Of a stretch of 64,000 nt of DNA, positions 45,682 through 54,866 are shown in pieces. The translations under genes were made by a program, and so were the position numbers. The DNA comes from Gemmatimonadota bacterium (GTDB lineage Bacteria; Gemmatimonadota; Gemmatimonadetes; Longimicrobiales; Gaopeijiaceae), in contig JAXHMG010000003.1 of the NCBI GenBank assembly GCA_034521595.1, positions 2,144,001 to 2,208,000 on the forward strand, read 5' to 3'. Numbering within the stretch: the first letter of the stretch is position 1; every line of letters starts with the position of its first letter. The notes under the pieces were generated by a model. The model did not search any database. It saw only the letters and a program-made list of their open reading frames with translations, and was not told where the DNA came from.

Positions 45682-47250
45682 ATGCAAGAGTCCAGCCACC
45701 GCCGAGCCACGACGGTTCTGCCGGCCCTGCTCCTATCCGCGGGGCTCATCATTGGCGCCTGCCGTGATGATACAATCACTCCGCCCGTCGACTCCGAGAG
45801 TCCCGACACGGTCCCCAGTTCACTCAGGATGCGGCCAGCGGAGCAGTTGACCGTAGGTATGCTCGGCATCAGTGCCGTGCGGGTGGGAGCAGAGGCGTTG
45901 TCCAAGGACGGCGACATCCTCTACCGCTCGTGGCTGGACCGCGACCGTTTCGTTTGGTCGGTCTCCGACCCCGACATCGTGACGCTGACCGACACCACCT
46001 GCCTACCGACCGGTCGTCGCTGCCGCCTAATCACTAGTGTAAGCGAGGGCGAAGGGACCATCACCGCGACGACGCAAGGCCTGACCGACTCCATATCAAT
46101 CACCGTGCGAGATCGTGCACGTGTCGCATGGTCTGTTCCGATCGGACTCGGGAGGAGCTTCTCGGACGTTGCCGTCGCAATTGACGGCACTATCTACGTC
46201 GGCACCGATGAGCCCGCTCTAGCTCGAAGCCGCTGGTCCGCCCTTTCGCCGCAAGGAGGCGTTGTTTGGACGGTGGACTTGCCCCTCACATTTAAGTCAA
46301 GTCCCGCTATCGGGGAGGATGGGACGCTCTATCTCGGGTCCAGGTCCGCGGGCGCTGATGGTTCTGTGGGTCGCCTGATCGCCGTAAACCCCGGTGGAAG
46401 CGTGAGGTGGATGCTAGAGGGGATCGATGGTATTCGCTCGTCGCCATCAATCGGACCGGATGGAACCGTATATGTAGCTGGCGAGCGCCACATCTACGCA
46501 GTCGATCCGCAAGGAGAGATCCGTTGGGTTTACGAGGCCGCCAGTGACGTATTCGCCTTCTCCTCCCCGGCGGTCGCGGGTGACGGTACGATCTACGTAG
46601 GCGCGGAGGATTATCACTTATATGCTATCAATCCAGACGGCTCCTTGCAGTGGAGGTTCCAAACCGATGACCGGATTCGATCCTCTCCGTCCATCGGCCC
46701 GGACGGAGCCATCTACGTTGGGTCGCACGACGGAAGGCTCTACTCCGTTAATCCCGACGGGACCGAACGATGGAACATCCCAATCCATTGTGGCCTCGAC
46801 TGGGGCTGCGAACCGATTCAATCAACGCCTTCCATCGGCGTGGATGGTACGATCTACGTAGGAGCCGACGCCATATATGCCATCGATCCCGCGGGCTCGA
46901 TTCGCTGGAGCCTACTCGGTGGCGGGGTCGTCTGGACTCCGGTCGTGGGCGCAAACGGGACGATATACTTCACCGATCTCTCTACACCCGTCGGCGGGAA
47001 GCTCTACGCCGCCGACGCCCAGGGCAGGATTCTGTGGGAGTATCCAACCGGTGGACGGGTTTCCGCTTCACCGGCCATCGGCGTCGATGGCAGTATCATC
47101 GCGGTTTCCTTCGGGGGTTCCTCAGGGTCGGGCGATGAAGGTCGGGCTCATGCGATCATCGAGACCGTCTCGACGAACGGCGGTTATGCAGGGTCACCCT
47201 GGCCGACAGCGCGTGGTGACCGAGGCAACACCGGGAGGGCCGGTAGATGA
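45682..47250 (+). CDS. Lipoprotein with Ig-like domain and PQQ-like beta-propeller repeats (module 2)
   Basis: Lipobox IGAC; same architecture and motifs as 40852 (DRAR.AWSVP, GRLIAV.PGG.VRWMLE, STNGGY.G.PWPT.RG.R.NTGRAG); visibly more A/T at third codon positions. Confidence 0.88.
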   Translation: MQESSHRRATTVLPALLLSAGLIIGACRDDTITPPVDSESPDTVPSSLRMRPAEQLTVGMLGISAVRVGAEALSKDGDILYRSWLDRDRFVWSVSDPDIVTLTDTTCLPTGRRCRLITSVSEGEGTITATTQGLTDSISITVRDRARVAWSVPIGLGRSFSDVAVAIDGTIYVGTDEPALARSRWSALSPQGGVVWTVDLPLTFKSSPAIGEDGTLYLGSRSAGADGSVGRLIAVNPGGSVRWMLEGIDGIRSSPSIGPDGTVYVAGERHIYAVDPQGEIRWVYEAASDVFAFSSPAVAGDGTIYVGAEDYHLYAINPDGSLQWRFQTDDRIRSSPSIGPDGAIYVGSHDGRLYSVNPDGTERWNIPIHCGLDWGCEPIQSTPSIGVDGTIYVGADAIYAIDPAGSIRWSLLGGGVVWTPVVGANGTIYFTDLSTPVGGKLYAADAQGRILWEYPTGGRVSASPAIGVDGSIIAVSFGGSSGSGDEGRAHAIIETVSTNGGYAGSPWPTARGDRGNTGRAGR

Positions 47251-50228
47251 CTCGCCGATACTCGATCATCACCAGAGTCCTGGCACTGCTCCTCACGGCC
47301 ATCACCTCCCCCGCCCTCTCCGCGCAGACCGGCACCATCGTCGGCACCGTGACCGACGCGCAGTCGGGAGGGGCCGTGACCGGCGCGGTCCTCGTCCTGG
47401 AAGGCACGGATCACTCCGGCCTGTCCCGGAACGACGGCCGCTTCGTGCTCGACGCAGTCCCGGCCGGGGACGGCGTCGTGGGTGTCGAGCGCATCGGCTA
47501 CCGCCCCGTCCGGCGCGAGGTGAGCGTCCCGGCCGACGGCACCGTGGTCGTCGACTTCGTGCTCACCCCGGCGCCGTTCTCGCTGGACGAGCTCGTGGTG
47601 ACGGGCGCGGCGGGAAGTCGACGACGGCGCGAGCTCGGCAATACCGTCTCGCGGCTGGAGATCGACGAGGTGACGGACCGCCCGGCCACGCTCTCGGACT
47701 TCCTGCAGGGCGCGGCCGTGGGCATCGAGGTGACGGGCGCGAGCGGCGAGGCGGGCCAGGGCAAGCAGATCCGACTGCGCGGGAGCGGCAGCATGCTGCT
47801 CTCCAGCCAACCGCTCGTCTACATCGACGGGATCCGGATGATGGAGGGCGCGTTCCCCTCCGAGGTGTTCGAGGACCCCTCGGCCAACCTGCTCCCGTCG
47901 GGCGCCAACGTCACGACGAGTCCGCTGGACCTGGTGAGCGTGGGCGATATCGACCGGATCGAGGTCGCCAAGGGCGCGGCGGCGACGACACTGTTCGGCA
48001 CGGGCTCGGCGAACGGCGTCATCCAGATCTTCACGAAGCGCGGCGTGAGCGGTCCGCCCCGCTGGACGGCCGACATCTCACAGGGCACGGGCTGGGTCCA
48101 ACCGTTCGGCGCGAACGGGGTCGACTATCTCCACGTCGAGCATTTCCTGCGCGATGCATGGTGGGGCGGCGGCTACGACGGGGGCGAAGGCTCCCGCGAC
48201 TGCGTGACCGACGACCCGCGCTGGGACGACGCGAACGCCTCCGCCGAAGGCGCCTGTAGCTGGCCGGGCGCGCAGTGGTACCAGCGCTACCGGTTGGCCG
48301 TGGACGGCGGCACCGAGCGCTTCGACTACTTCGTCTCGGGCGAGTACCAGGACGACAGCTACGCCCTGCCCCTGGACGAGCTCCAGCGCTACGCGTTCCG
48401 GACCAACCTGGGCGCGACGCTCACGCCCCGCATCGAGACGCGCCTCAACGCCTCATTCACTGACTTTCGGACGTCCAACACCGCCTCGGGCGGGACCTTC
48501 GAGGGCATCCTGCTGAGCACGATGCGGCAGGAGCGGAACTACCTGAGCTCGCCGGACCCGCGGGACATCGCCGACCTGCTGGGCAACCGGAACGATCAGT
48601 GGATCGACCGCCTCACGGCAGGCCTGAGCACGACGTTCAGCCAGAGCGCCCGGGCATCCCATCGTCTGACGCTCGGCTACGACTACTCGGTGCAGGATCT
48701 CCGGTCGGTGCACGACGGCGGCATCATCGCGAACGGAGCCGCGACGACACGGGCGTGGGATCGTCACCTGCGGACGGTCGACTACCTCGGGAGCCTCGGG
48801 CTCCGGGCCGGCCCGGAGCTCAGCGCGACGCTCTCGTTCGGCGCGCAGCTCGTATCGGACGACCTCGGCTGGACGGTCGTGTCCGGGACGGGGTTCCCCG
48901 AAGGCGTGCCGACAGAGCCCGCCGACGCCGAGAGCGTGGACACGCTCGACGCCGGCGGCGGCACCACCACTGCGGGGCTCTTCGCCCAGAACGTGCTCGG
49001 GCTCCGGGACCGGTACTTCCTGACCACCGGCCTCCGAGTGGACCGGCACGCGACGCAGGGCGAGTCATTCCTCCGGCTCGACCCCCGGGCCGGCCTCGCC
49101 TGGGTCGCCAGCGAGGAGGACTTTTGGCCCGAATCGCTCGGGGCGCTCCGTCTGCGGGCCGCCTACGGACACTCGAGCACCGCGCCCAGCCCGTTCGTGC
49201 AGGCGGTGCGGTACTTCGGCGGCCCGGCTCCGGAGGACGCCGAGCCGGGTGCGGTGCCGGAGCCCGAGTCGAGCGCCGAGTGGGAGGTCGGGCTCGACGC
49301 GACCGTGCTCGGTGAACGGGTCAACCTCGGCCTCACCCGCTACGTGCAGACCACCACCAACGCGCTCGTCCCCGTGACCGTCGACCCCGAAGCGACGCCC
49401 GAGCGCCGAGAGCTCCGGAGCATCGGCGAGCTCCGCAACCAGGGCTGGGAGGTCGAGCTCGACGCCTCCGTCGTGAGCACGCCCGACTGGGCCCTCGACG
49501 TCGGGCTCGGGTTCGGCACGAACGACTCGGAGGTCCTCGACCTCGGCGGCACCGAGCGCTTCAACGAGCAGGTGACCCAGTTCCTCGTCGGCTACCCCGC
49601 GCCCGTCGCCCGCGGCCGCAGGGTCGCCGATCCGGACGCCGTCAACGGGCCATGGAGCCCCGACCGGTACCGGACCGACGCGAGCGGCAACACCCGCCTC
49701 CCGCTCGGCTCCCAGCTCCCGACGCGCTTCGTCATCCCGTCCCTCACGGCGCGCGTCCCCGGCGGCATCGTCGTCTCCGCCCGCGGCGAGTACCGGGGCG
49801 GACACGTGCGGTTCGTGAACCCCGTGCCGGTCAGCAGGAGCGTCCGCTCCCCGCTCTGCGAACCCTGGTACGCGAACCCGGTGGACCCCGAAGACCCGTT
49901 CGCACCCCTCGAGCTGCGCGCCGACACCCCGGACCTCTGGCGCGAGCGCTGCACCCCGCAAGCGGCCAACGACTACTGGTTCGACGCCGACTACTTCAAG
50001 CTGCGCAGCGCATCCGCGACGGTGCCCGTGGGGTTCGCGTTCCCCGACCGGGTCACCGAGGCGCTGTTCACGGTGAGCCTCGCCAACGCATTCACCTGGT
50101 ACGAGGACGTCCCGTGGTGGGACGTCGAGATCCCGGGCAACGAGGGGGCGAACGACGACGGCGTCGGAACGTCCGAGCGCGTGCCGGCGCCGACGAGGCT
50201 GACGTTCAGCTTGCGGATGCGGTTCTGA
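47247..50228 (+). CDS. SusC-like TonB-dependent receptor with no downstream SusD (module 2)
   Basis: ATGA overlap; LDELVVTG; DIDRIEVAKGAAATTLFGTGSANGVIQIFTK. Shares RSVRSPLC and DA.YFKLRS..FAFP.RV with 9503-12460; C-terminal Phe. Confidence 0.9.
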   Translation: MTRRYSIITRVLALLLTAITSPALSAQTGTIVGTVTDAQSGGAVTGAVLVLEGTDHSGLSRNDGRFVLDAVPAGDGVVGVERIGYRPVRREVSVPADGTVVVDFVLTPAPFSLDELVVTGAAGSRRRRELGNTVSRLEIDEVTDRPATLSDFLQGAAVGIEVTGASGEAGQGKQIRLRGSGSMLLSSQPLVYIDGIRMMEGAFPSEVFEDPSANLLPSGANVTTSPLDLVSVGDIDRIEVAKGAAATTLFGTGSANGVIQIFTKRGVSGPPRWTADISQGTGWVQPFGANGVDYLHVEHFLRDAWWGGGYDGGEGSRDCVTDDPRWDDANASAEGACSWPGAQWYQRYRLAVDGGTERFDYFVSGEYQDDSYALPLDELQRYAFRTNLGATLTPRIETRLNASFTDFRTSNTASGGTFEGILLSTMRQERNYLSSPDPRDIADLLGNRNDQWIDRLTAGLSTTFSQSARASHRLTLGYDYSVQDLRSVHDGGIIANGAATTRAWDRHLRTVDYLGSLGLRAGPELSATLSFGAQLVSDDLGWTVVSGTGFPEGVPTEPADAESVDTLDAGGGTTTAGLFAQNVLGLRDRYFLTTGLRVDRHATQGESFLRLDPRAGLAWVASEEDFWPESLGALRLRAAYGHSSTAPSPFVQAVRYFGGPAPEDAEPGAVPEPESSAEWEVGLDATVLGERVNLGLTRYVQTTTNALVPVTVDPEATPERRELRSIGELRNQGWEVELDASVVSTPDWALDVGLGFGTNDSEVLDLGGTERFNEQVTQFLVGYPAPVARGRRVADPDAVNGPWSPDRYRTDASGNTRLPLGSQLPTRFVIPSLTARVPGGIVVSARGEYRGGHVRFVNPVPVSRSVRSPLCEPWYANPVDPEDPFAPLELRADTPDLWRERCTPQAANDYWFDADYFKLRSASATVPVGFAFPDRVTEALFTVSLANAFTWYEDVPWWDVEIPGNEGANDDGVGTSERVPAPTRLTFSLRMRF

Positions 50229-50381
50229 GAGAAGAGGGGATCGGCTAAACCCATTCTTGCGCGGATCTCGTTTCCACCGCGAACAGCGCGCGCTCCGAAT
50301 CTCGTCGGCCGTCCGGTTTGCCCGCCGGCGAGGCCCCTCGCTATGGTGGTGATCCAAGTCACCACAGATGCGAGCAGTCGA

Positions 50382-52907
50382 ATGAGCATCCGCCGCCGGT
50401 TCCCGAGTCCCGTTTCCTTTTCGTACCGCGATGTCGTGGCCGCGACGCTCGCCGCCTTGGCCGCCCTCGCCTGGACGTTGCCGGGCGCCGCCCAGCAGGA
50501 GGTCGTGGGCGAGCAGGGCTACCTCACACCGCCCTCCGCGATCGCTGAAGCGCTTGCCGCTCCGTGGCAGCAGAACGCGGAGCTCGAGACACCCAGCCCG
50601 GATGGCCGCCGCTTCGTGGTCGAGACCCGTGAGCGGCGCATGCCGCCTCTCGCCCTGCTGGCCAGACGCCATCATCACATCGGCGGTCTCCAGGTCGATC
50701 CCGCGGCGGACCGGGAGCGAGACCTGACCGTCGAATCGCCGGACGGCATCCGCATCGTCGACGTGGAGACCGGCGAGCGGGTCGACATGCAGATCCCCGA
50801 CGACGCCCGCGTGAGCGATCCTGCGTGGTCGCCCGATGGCAGCCGGCTCGCTTTCTTCGTGCACACGGACGATGCGACGCGGGTGTACGTGGCGGATCCC
50901 ACGACCGGCGAGTCCCGCCGGCTCACGGATCGACGCGTGCTGGCCACGCTCACGACCGACTTCGACTGGACCGCCGACGGAAGCGCGATCGTCACGGTGC
51001 TCGTGCCGGACGGACGCGGCTCCGAGCCGGAGGCGCCCCTGGTCCCGACGACGCCCCGAGTCGACGTCACCTCCGACGAGGAAAACAAGCTGCGCACCTA
51101 TCCCGACCTGCTCGAGACCCCGCACGAGCGGGCGCTCCTCGAGCACTACGGCACGGGCCAGCCCGCACGGGTGGACGTGCAGAGCGGTGAGGTGGACGAG
51201 ATCGGCGATCCCGACCTCGTCGAGATGGTGGACGTGTCGCCGGACGGACAGTGGATCCGGATCCGGACGCTCCAACGACCCTTCTCGAAGATCGTCCCGG
51301 TCAACGACCACGGCTCGCTCGAGGTTATTCGGGACATGAACGGGCAGATGGTCGCCGAAGTCGTGCGCGAGCCGGTCGACGACGGGTCGGACGACGACGA
51401 GGAGACCGAGTCGCGACGCGAGGTCGCGTGGCGGCCGGACGGTGCCGGGCTCGGCTTCCTCCGGAGTGCCGAGACGGAGGACACGGAGAACGGGGAGAGC
51501 ACGGACCGCGTCTTCCAGTGGACGCCCCCCTTCGACGAGGGGAGCGAGCGAATCCTCTACGAGAGCGAGCACGACCTCGAGGACCTGAGCTACGCTCCCG
51601 ACGGAAGTCTCCTGTTCGTGTGGGAAGCGGACGGGGAGGAGGGCGTGGACCGGCTTCTCGCGGTCTCGGCCGACGGCACCACCAGCGTGGTCGCCAGTCA
51701 CGACCCGGACGAGGTACGGGACGACCCCGGCGACCTGGTGATGCGCCCCGGGGGCTCGGGCGCGCCCGTCGCGCGTGTGTCCGGCGACGGGGAGGTCTAC
51801 CTCGAGGGCACCGTCTACGGAGACGACCCGCTCACGCAGGCGCCCCGCCCGTTCCTCGACCGGGTCGACATAGAGAGCGGCGAGGCGACCCGGCTCTTCG
51901 AGAGCAGCCCGCAGGCGTACGAGGAGGTCGCGGCGGTGCTCGACGACGAGGCCGAGCGCATCGTCATCACGCGCGAGTCGCCGAACGACGTGCCGGATTG
52001 GTTCGTCCGCGCCCCGGACGGGAGCGGTGAGCGTGCGCTCACCTCCAACGTCGATCACAACCCCGAGATCACCGGCGCCCGGCGGGAGACGATCATGGTC
52101 GAGCGGGCCGACGGCCTGCGCTTCAAGGTCGAGATCACGCTGCCCGTGGGGCACACCGAGGGGGACCGTGTCCCGGCGATCTTCTGGCACTACCCCTCCG
52201 AATTCGAGGACGAGGACGCATACCGCCAGGATCTGATCGAGGACTACAACAGCAACGAGTTCCCCGGCATCCGCCCGCGGTCCATGGAGCACCTCGTCCT
52301 GGCCGGGTACGCGGTCGTGGAGCCGGACGTGCCGATCGTGGGCGCCCCCGAGGAGTGGAACGACTACTACCCGGCGCACCTCAGGAACTCGCTGTCGGCG
52401 GCGATCGACGCCCTCGACGAGCGCGGTTGGATCGACCGGAGCCGGCTCGCGATCGGAGGCCACAGCTACGGCGGGTTCGGCACCATCAACGCGATGATCC
52501 AGACGCCGTTCTTCAAGGCCGGGATCGCCGGGTCGGCGAACTCGAACCGTAGCCTCACGCCCGCGGGCTTCCAGAGGGAGGACCGCACGCTGTGGCAGGC
52601 ACGAGAGACCTACATGCGCATGTCGCCGCTCTTCTTCATGAACGAGCTGAACGGCGCGCTCCTGTTGTACCACGGCCTCGATGACCAGAACGTGGGCACC
52701 TTCCCCGATCACTCGATGCGATCCTTCCACGCCTTGAACGCCCTCGGCAAGACCGGAGCGCTGTACATGTATCCGTACGAGGCGCACGGCCCCGCCGCCG
52801 AGGAGACGATCCACGACCTGTGGGCCCGTTGGTCGGCGTGGCTGGACCGCTACGTGAAGGAGGCCGACGGTCCCGTGGCCACCGTCGAGGAGCCGGAGGG
52901 GGGCTAG
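50382..52907 (+). CDS. Secreted S9 (prolyl oligopeptidase family) peptidase
   Basis: Signal peptide; propeller WSPDG repeats; GGHSYGG nucleophile; HGLDDQNVGT (Asp); YPYEAHG (His). Confidence 0.9.
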   Translation: MSIRRRFPSPVSFSYRDVVAATLAALAALAWTLPGAAQQEVVGEQGYLTPPSAIAEALAAPWQQNAELETPSPDGRRFVVETRERRMPPLALLARRHHHIGGLQVDPAADRERDLTVESPDGIRIVDVETGERVDMQIPDDARVSDPAWSPDGSRLAFFVHTDDATRVYVADPTTGESRRLTDRRVLATLTTDFDWTADGSAIVTVLVPDGRGSEPEAPLVPTTPRVDVTSDEENKLRTYPDLLETPHERALLEHYGTGQPARVDVQSGEVDEIGDPDLVEMVDVSPDGQWIRIRTLQRPFSKIVPVNDHGSLEVIRDMNGQMVAEVVREPVDDGSDDDEETESRREVAWRPDGAGLGFLRSAETEDTENGESTDRVFQWTPPFDEGSERILYESEHDLEDLSYAPDGSLLFVWEADGEEGVDRLLAVSADGTTSVVASHDPDEVRDDPGDLVMRPGGSGAPVARVSGDGEVYLEGTVYGDDPLTQAPRPFLDRVDIESGEATRLFESSPQAYEEVAAVLDDEAERIVITRESPNDVPDWFVRAPDGSGERALTSNVDHNPEITGARRETIMVERADGLRFKVEITLPVGHTEGDRVPAIFWHYPSEFEDEDAYRQDLIEDYNSNEFPGIRPRSMEHLVLAGYAVVEPDVPIVGAPEEWNDYYPAHLRNSLSAAIDALDERGWIDRSRLAIGGHSYGGFGTINAMIQTPFFKAGIAGSANSNRSLTPAGFQREDRTLWQARETYMRMSPLFFMNELNGALLLYHGLDDQNVGTFPDHSMRSFHALNALGKTGALYMYPYEAHGPAAEETIHDLWARWSAWLDRYVKEADGPVATVEEPEGG

Positions 52908-53100
52908 CCAGGGGCCACCGCCCTTCCTTCCGTGCCGGTGGCCGCGCTGCTACCGTGTTTCCCGCTGGTGCTGAACCCGCACGCGTGGAGCCACCCTTGA
53001 GGCGCGAGATCGACGACAGGCACACCCGGGGCGCCTGCCCCTTTTGCGGTGAGAGCGACCCGCCGGGCTCGAGCTACGTGTCGCCGCGAAGGGACGAGCC

Positions 53101-53595
53101 ATGAGGTGGCAGGAGATCGTGGAGCGGCTGGGTCTCGAGCCCCACCCCTACGAGGGCGGATACTACCGGGAGATGTATCGCGCCCCGGCTCGGTTCCGGC
53201 CCGGAGACCCGTTCGAGGGTGATCGGCCGGTGAGCACGGCCATCTACTTCCTCCTCACCCCGGACACCTACTCGGCCATGCACCGCCTGCCGGGCGACGA
53301 GATCTACCACCACTATCTCGGAGATCCGGTGGAGATGCTCCTGCTCCGGCCCGACGGATCCAGCGAGGTCGTCCACTTGGCGTCGGACCTCGAAGCCGGG
53401 ACGCCCCAGCAGATGGTGCCCGGAGGAGTCTGGCAGGGCTCGCGCCTGGTGGAGGGTGGCTCGTTCGCGCTCCTCGGGACGACCATGGCGCCGGGGTTCG
53501 AGTTCGCCGACTTCGAGGCGGGCGCGCCCGCCCTGGTGGAAGCGTTCCCGGAGCGGGAGCAAATGATCGTAGAGCTGCTCCCATCCACCGAGTAG
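53101..53595 (+). CDS. Cupin_5 (DUF985) protein
   Basis: LGLEPHP.EGGYYRE; STAIYFLL..S.MHRL..DEIYHHYLGDP; VPGGVWQGS; MAPGFEFADF. Confidence 0.9.
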   Translation: MRWQEIVERLGLEPHPYEGGYYREMYRAPARFRPGDPFEGDRPVSTAIYFLLTPDTYSAMHRLPGDEIYHHYLGDPVEMLLLRPDGSSEVVHLASDLEAGTPQQMVPGGVWQGSRLVEGGSFALLGTTMAPGFEFADFEAGAPALVEAFPEREQMIVELLPSTE

Positions 53596-53796
53596 CGAGG
53601 CCGTGGATCCGGCCGAGGCCTTGAGGGCGGAATGAGGACCATCTTGACGGGCAGGCTCATGCTTCCCCATGCTCCGGGCATGATGGCCCCACACTGCGCA
53701 CCGGCTCGATTTACGTCACACCTCCGCGAATCTTCGCCGGGGTGTGGCGCCGTCTGCAGATGATCTAGCGGTGTCCATCAGACGCCTCCCGGAAGC

Positions 53797-53833
53797 AGGG
53801 CGGCCCGGCGTTGCGCCGGGCCGCCCTTTTTTT
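53797..53833 (+). terminator. Intrinsic terminator in the pheA leader (candidate attenuator)
   Basis: agggcggcccggcg-ttg-cgccgggccgccct plus T-run, 25 nt before the pheA ATG and about 200 nt after the previous stop. Confidence 0.8.
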
Positions 53834-53858
53834 CGTACCCCATCCGGAACCCCCGACC

Positions 53859-54704
53859 ATGAGCACCCAACCCATTACCACGGTGGCCATCCAAGGTGAG
53901 CGTGGTGCCTTCAGCCATGCGGCCGCGATCCAGATCGTCGGACCGTCCGTACGGATCGTGGCATGCCGTACCTTCGAAGACGTGTTTCGGGCGGTTGCAT
54001 CGGGCGATGCCGACGTGGGCATCGTGCCGGTCGAGAACACACTGGCTGGCGCCGTACAACGGCCCATGGATCTACTCGCGAGCCGCGACGTGCTCGCGGT
54101 GGCCGAGACGCGGGTGCCCATCCGCCTCTGCCTGGCCACCCCTCCGGAGACACGGCTGGAAGACATCGAAACCGTGGCCTCTCATCCCGTGGCGCTCGAG
54201 CAGTGCCTCCGGTTCTTCGACGCCCACCCGGCCATACAGCCCCATGCCGTGTACGACACCGCCGGAAGCATCCGGGATCTCATGGCGGGGGGAGCGGATT
54301 ATCAGGCCGCCATCGGTTCAGAGCTGGCCGCCGAGCTCTATGGTGCCCGGATCCTACAGCGCGCCCTCGAGGATGACCCGGCCAACTACACGCGATTCCT
54401 GGCGGTCACGCAGGACGGTGAAGTGATGGACCCGGACCGCCCCAAGACGTCCCTGGCCTTCACGGTACCCCACGTCCCGGGGTCCCTCCATCGCGCCCTC
54501 GGGTGTTTCGCGGAGGAAGCCGTGGATCTGGCCCGCTTGGAATCCCGTCCCATCCCCGGGCATCCCTGGGAGTACCGCTTCTTCGCCGACCTCCGCGGAT
54601 CGAACGGAGCCGCGCACGACCGCGCGATCGCGGCACTCGAGGCGGTGTCCGGGAACGTGAGGATCATCGGACGATACGAGGAGGTCCCGGAAGGGGATTC
54701 CTGA
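53859..54704 (+). CDS. pheA: Prephenate dehydratase (PDT + ACT)
   Basis: VAIQGERGAFSH.AA; VPVENTLAG; SHPVALEQC; NYTRF; KTSLAF..PGSL..L; LESRP..PWEY.F. Confidence 0.93.
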   Translation: MSTQPITTVAIQGERGAFSHAAAIQIVGPSVRIVACRTFEDVFRAVASGDADVGIVPVENTLAGAVQRPMDLLASRDVLAVAETRVPIRLCLATPPETRLEDIETVASHPVALEQCLRFFDAHPAIQPHAVYDTAGSIRDLMAGGADYQAAIGSELAAELYGARILQRALEDDPANYTRFLAVTQDGEVMDPDRPKTSLAFTVPHVPGSLHRALGCFAEEAVDLARLESRPIPGHPWEYRFFADLRGSNGAAHDRAIAALEAVSGNVRIIGRYEEVPEGDS

Positions 54705-54866
54705 ACCCCGCGGAAGCCGGAATCGGGCAAGGCGCGCCTCCAGGACCTCGACCACCCGCGTCCGTGCATGTAGCCGTCCGAATCTCCGGATTGCGCCCCC
54801 GGAGCGGCCTCGCCACTCTCGAAGCGGACGGACGCGGAAATCACCCGGCATCGCGGAGCAAGCACC

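Noticed and set aside
38671-50228. Receptor 3' duplicate, and the lmf duplicate, as template/variable repeats of a diversity-generating retroelement
   Set aside because: Differences are mostly synonymous G/C third-position changes rather than adenine-specific, and no reverse transcriptase is in the window.
49065-52814. 1249-aa minus-strand ORF and similar long ORFs (5121..7133, 22193..24445, 61431..63683, 14331..15854)
   Set aside because: These are antisense or alternate-frame shadows of well-supported genes, expected in high-GC DNA, with no recognisable motifs.
53700-53833. T-box riboswitch before pheA
   Set aside because: No GGTGGNACC T-box consensus and the leader is short; retained only as a generic attenuator candidate.
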